Positions 60,414 to 64,000 of a stretch of 64,000 bases of DNA are shown in pieces; position 1 is the stretch's first letter, and every line of letters starts with the position of its first letter. This DNA comes from Octopus vulgaris (taxonomy: Eukaryota): assembly GCA_951406725.2 (NCBI GenBank), contig OX597841.1, positions 16,492,001 to 16,556,000 on the forward strand, in the 5' to 3' direction. The notes beneath the pieces were generated by a model that saw only the letters and a program-made list of their open reading frames with translations, was not told the DNA's origin and did not search any database. A program made the translations under genes and the position numbers.

Positions 60414-60499
60414 TTGGTACGATCGTTTCGTACTACATCATTTTATTAAATGTTGTAAGTATTACAACAGTTTAAAAATGCTGAGCACTCATCAGCCAA
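60414..60499 (-). ncRNA. Minimal type I hammerhead ribozyme with long stem II
   Basis: rc: ttgg CTGATGA gtgct...[tgttgtaa tac ttacaaca]...agtac GAAA cgatcg TA ccaa; palindromic stem III ACGATCGT; ~40 bp from a (TA)n tract. Confidence 0.82.
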
Positions 60500-60935
60500 T
60501 TATAGAAGTTTTCCACTGATACAAACATTTTCATATCAAGTGGCAACATTATAGAGAAGGTAGATATATAGACAAAGATGTGGATGTAAATTTGAAGAAC
60601 ATTTGAGGTGGTGGAGCCCATCAACTGACTGACTAAGATTCAGCTGTTCCAGATTACTGTAAGGTTCTGAGAGGGAAGAACAAATATATATATATAACTA
60701 AGATACAACAGGTACAAACAACATGCCGAGGACATCACGGAATATCTAGCGGGGCAGCCCCCTTTTTTTATACATGTACCTGTTGAGACAAAAACTGTAG
60801 AGTTGGATGGATTACACTTAAATGCACAAAATCCTACCAATAACGGATTTCCGAATGAGTCGAAACGGCCGTCCTGTGGAATAGACTACTGCTAGATCCA
60901 TTTTCCGTTTCCTTCAATTATTATTATTATATATA

Positions 60936-60967
<32 letters not shown>

Positions 60968-61005
60968 AATAATTGACGGGGACGTAAACACATATATATA
61001 TATAT

Positions 61006-61173
61006 AGGCGCAGGAGTGGCTGTGTGGTAAGTAGCTTGCTAACCAACCACATGGTTCCGGGTTCAGCCCACTGCGTGGCATCTTGGGCAAGTGTCTTCTG
61101 CTATAGCCCCGGGCGGACCAATGCCTTGTGAGTGGATTTGGTAGACGGAAACTGAAAGAAGCCTGTCGTATGT

Positions 61174-61217
<44 letters not shown>

Positions 61218-61429
61218 ATGTGTGTCTGTGTTTGTCCCGCGAGCATTGCTTGACAACCGATGCTGGTGTGTTTACGCCCCCGTTACTTAGCGGTTCGGCA
61301 AAAGAGACCGATAGAATAAGTACTGGGCTTACAAAAGAATAAGTCCCGGGGTCGATTTGCTCGATTAAAGGCGCGGTGCTCCAGCATGGCCGCAGTCAAA
61401 TGACTGAAACAAGTAAAAGAGTAAAAGAG

Positions 61430-61431
<2 letters not shown>
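61006..61431 (+). mobile_element. SINE family B, full length
   Basis: Head-to-tail match, tail agtaaaagagtaaaagagta. Confidence 0.92.
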
Positions 61432-61462
<31 letters not shown>

Positions 61463-61493
61463 GTATGCATGTATATCTATATGTGTGAATGTA

Positions 61494-61524
<31 letters not shown>

Positions 61525-61661
61525 TACCTGCTTCTCACTCTCTCTCACTTTTCACTCTCATGCTCTCACTATTTCTTCTCTTTTCTTTCATTCTTTCTTC
61601 CTCTGTTTCAGTCTCTCTTTCTCTCTCTCTCTGTGTATGTCTCTCCCCCTCTCACTCTCTC

Positions 61662-61708
<47 letters not shown>

Positions 61709-61904
61709 ATTGGGTTTGACTGGATATCTGAAAAGGATTTTTGTTCCAATTTAACCGGAGAAAATTCATCACCAGCGCGTTGCAGCTAGCATTTTCTTCA
61801 TACCTACATACATGCACATCTAAGCATACAATATATATATATATATATGCGTGTGTGTGTGTGTGTGTGTGTGTATATGTATATATATATGTATATGTAT
61901 ATGC

Positions 61905-61991
<87 letters not shown>

Positions 61992-62090
61992 CATATACGC
62001 AGATATACAGATACACATATGTATGCACATGCATATATACATATATACATCTACGTATACACCTATGATTGTACATATACATATATATAC

Positions 62091-62132
<42 letters not shown>

Positions 62133-62217
62133 GTATATATATATATATATATATATATGTGTATATATATATGTATATATATATATGATTGTATATATAT
62201 ATATGTATATATATATG

Positions 62218-62250
<33 letters not shown>

Positions 62251-62925
62251 GTATATATATATGTATATATATATATATACTAATATGAATATACATATGT
62301 GTGTATGTACGTATACATACATACATACACACGCATACACTTATTTAGACATACGCGATCACGAGCGAGTGGTGTCGAGTAAGAAACAAAACATACATAC
62401 ACACACACACACATATATATATATACATATATATACATATACATACTTGCATACACACACACACACACACACGCACACCCACACACACACAATCACACAC
62501 ACACACACACACACACCTGAAAAGTGATTAGTTCCAAAGGCCTTCAACTCCTCACTTCTGTCTGTATCTCGAAACACTTCGTCCTTGCCTTGAGAAACGT
62601 AATGACCTTCTGGATAAAGTGTTGAAGTCGTAATCAACAAAGGCAGTTTCAATTCCAACGAGCAAATTGAATTGCACCCCTCCCACCCATCTCTTTTCTC
62701 TCTCTCTTACGCGCACCTCTTGCCCCTCTCTCTGTTTCTCACTCTTTTTCATTGTCTTTTTTCTCTTTCGCTCGACCTCTCTCTTGGTTTGATTTTCTGT
62801 CTATTCGTCTATCCACCAACCTGCTTACCTATCTCGGAACCAATGAATTTGTGTTTGTGCCTGTCAAACAATATAAGTGTCCACCTGTCCTTTTTAACTA
62901 TCTATCTATTTCTATCTGTCCATCC

Positions 62926-62985
<60 letters not shown>

Positions 62986-63046
62986 CTCTGTCTGTCTATT
63001 TGTCTACCTATCTATCTACACGTACATACACATATAAACACATATA

Positions 63047-63091
<45 letters not shown>

Positions 63092-63101
63092 GTACACACA
63101 C

Positions 63102-63146
<45 letters not shown>

Positions 63147-63253
63147 CACATAAATATATCGATAATTATCTATCGATCCATCTGCCTATTTCTTTCCTTA
63201 TTTATTCGTCTACTTATCTACCTATCTATCTGCATATATACATTACACACACA

Positions 63254-63289
<36 letters not shown>

Positions 63290-63459
63290 TATATGTGTGT
63301 GTACATATATATATATATATATATGTAATAGGTAGATATAGATATATACATATATAGAGATAGCCAGATAGAGACATATTGAGATATATATATGCATATA
63401 TACACATATGCATATTTATATATATATATATACACAAACATGCATATTTATATATCTGT

Positions 63460-63722
<263 letters not shown>

Positions 63723-64000
63723 TCCATCTATCGACAGCGATTCTTATTAGCGACAACCTGCAAATTATTTCCAAACTTCGGTTTGGTGTCTTTTATACTT
63801 CATCTCTGTCGAACATCGCCGCGGTACGCCGTCCATTACCGTGGACGCCTGCCAAACTAATTCATCTACACAGCCATGAAGTACGGACCGCTTCCTTCGT
63901 TGTTTCAAATTATCTTTGACCCCGGTGTTGGCGTTGAGAAGATGAAGAAAGGATAAGAAGGAAATGAAAAAAAAGAAGAAAAAAAAACCCTTAAAAGGTT

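Noticed and set aside
62515-62690. Possible small exon on - strand (…HFSG|gtgtgt)
   Set aside because: No recognisable protein similarity or convincing acceptor; needs RNA-seq

Overview
AT-rich eukaryotic non-coding DNA, most consistent with an octopus/coleoid cephalopod intron or intergenic region (inferred from the repeat content). Roughly half or more is microsatellite ((TA)n, (CA)n, (TATG)n, (TATC)n, (CAC)n, (TAA)n), so nearly all ORFs in the supplied track are low-complexity artefacts. No host protein-coding exon could be supported. The rest is nested transposon debris: three tRNA-headed SINE families (called A, B and C here), Tc1 and mariner transposase relics, hAT MITEs, and R4/Dong, RTE, CR1/L2 and Penelope (GIY-YIG) fragments. 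The most striking signal is a set of at least six sequence-distinct short elements in or beside (TA)n tracts that each carry a minimal type I hammerhead ribozyme motif (CUGANGA...GAAA-short self-complementary stem III-UH; one family has a variant core). Three of them are long near-perfect fold-backs, and two of those place a complete hammerhead core on each strand. They are probably Penelope-like pLTR or retrozyme derivatives. All calls were made by eye; no search or folding program was run.
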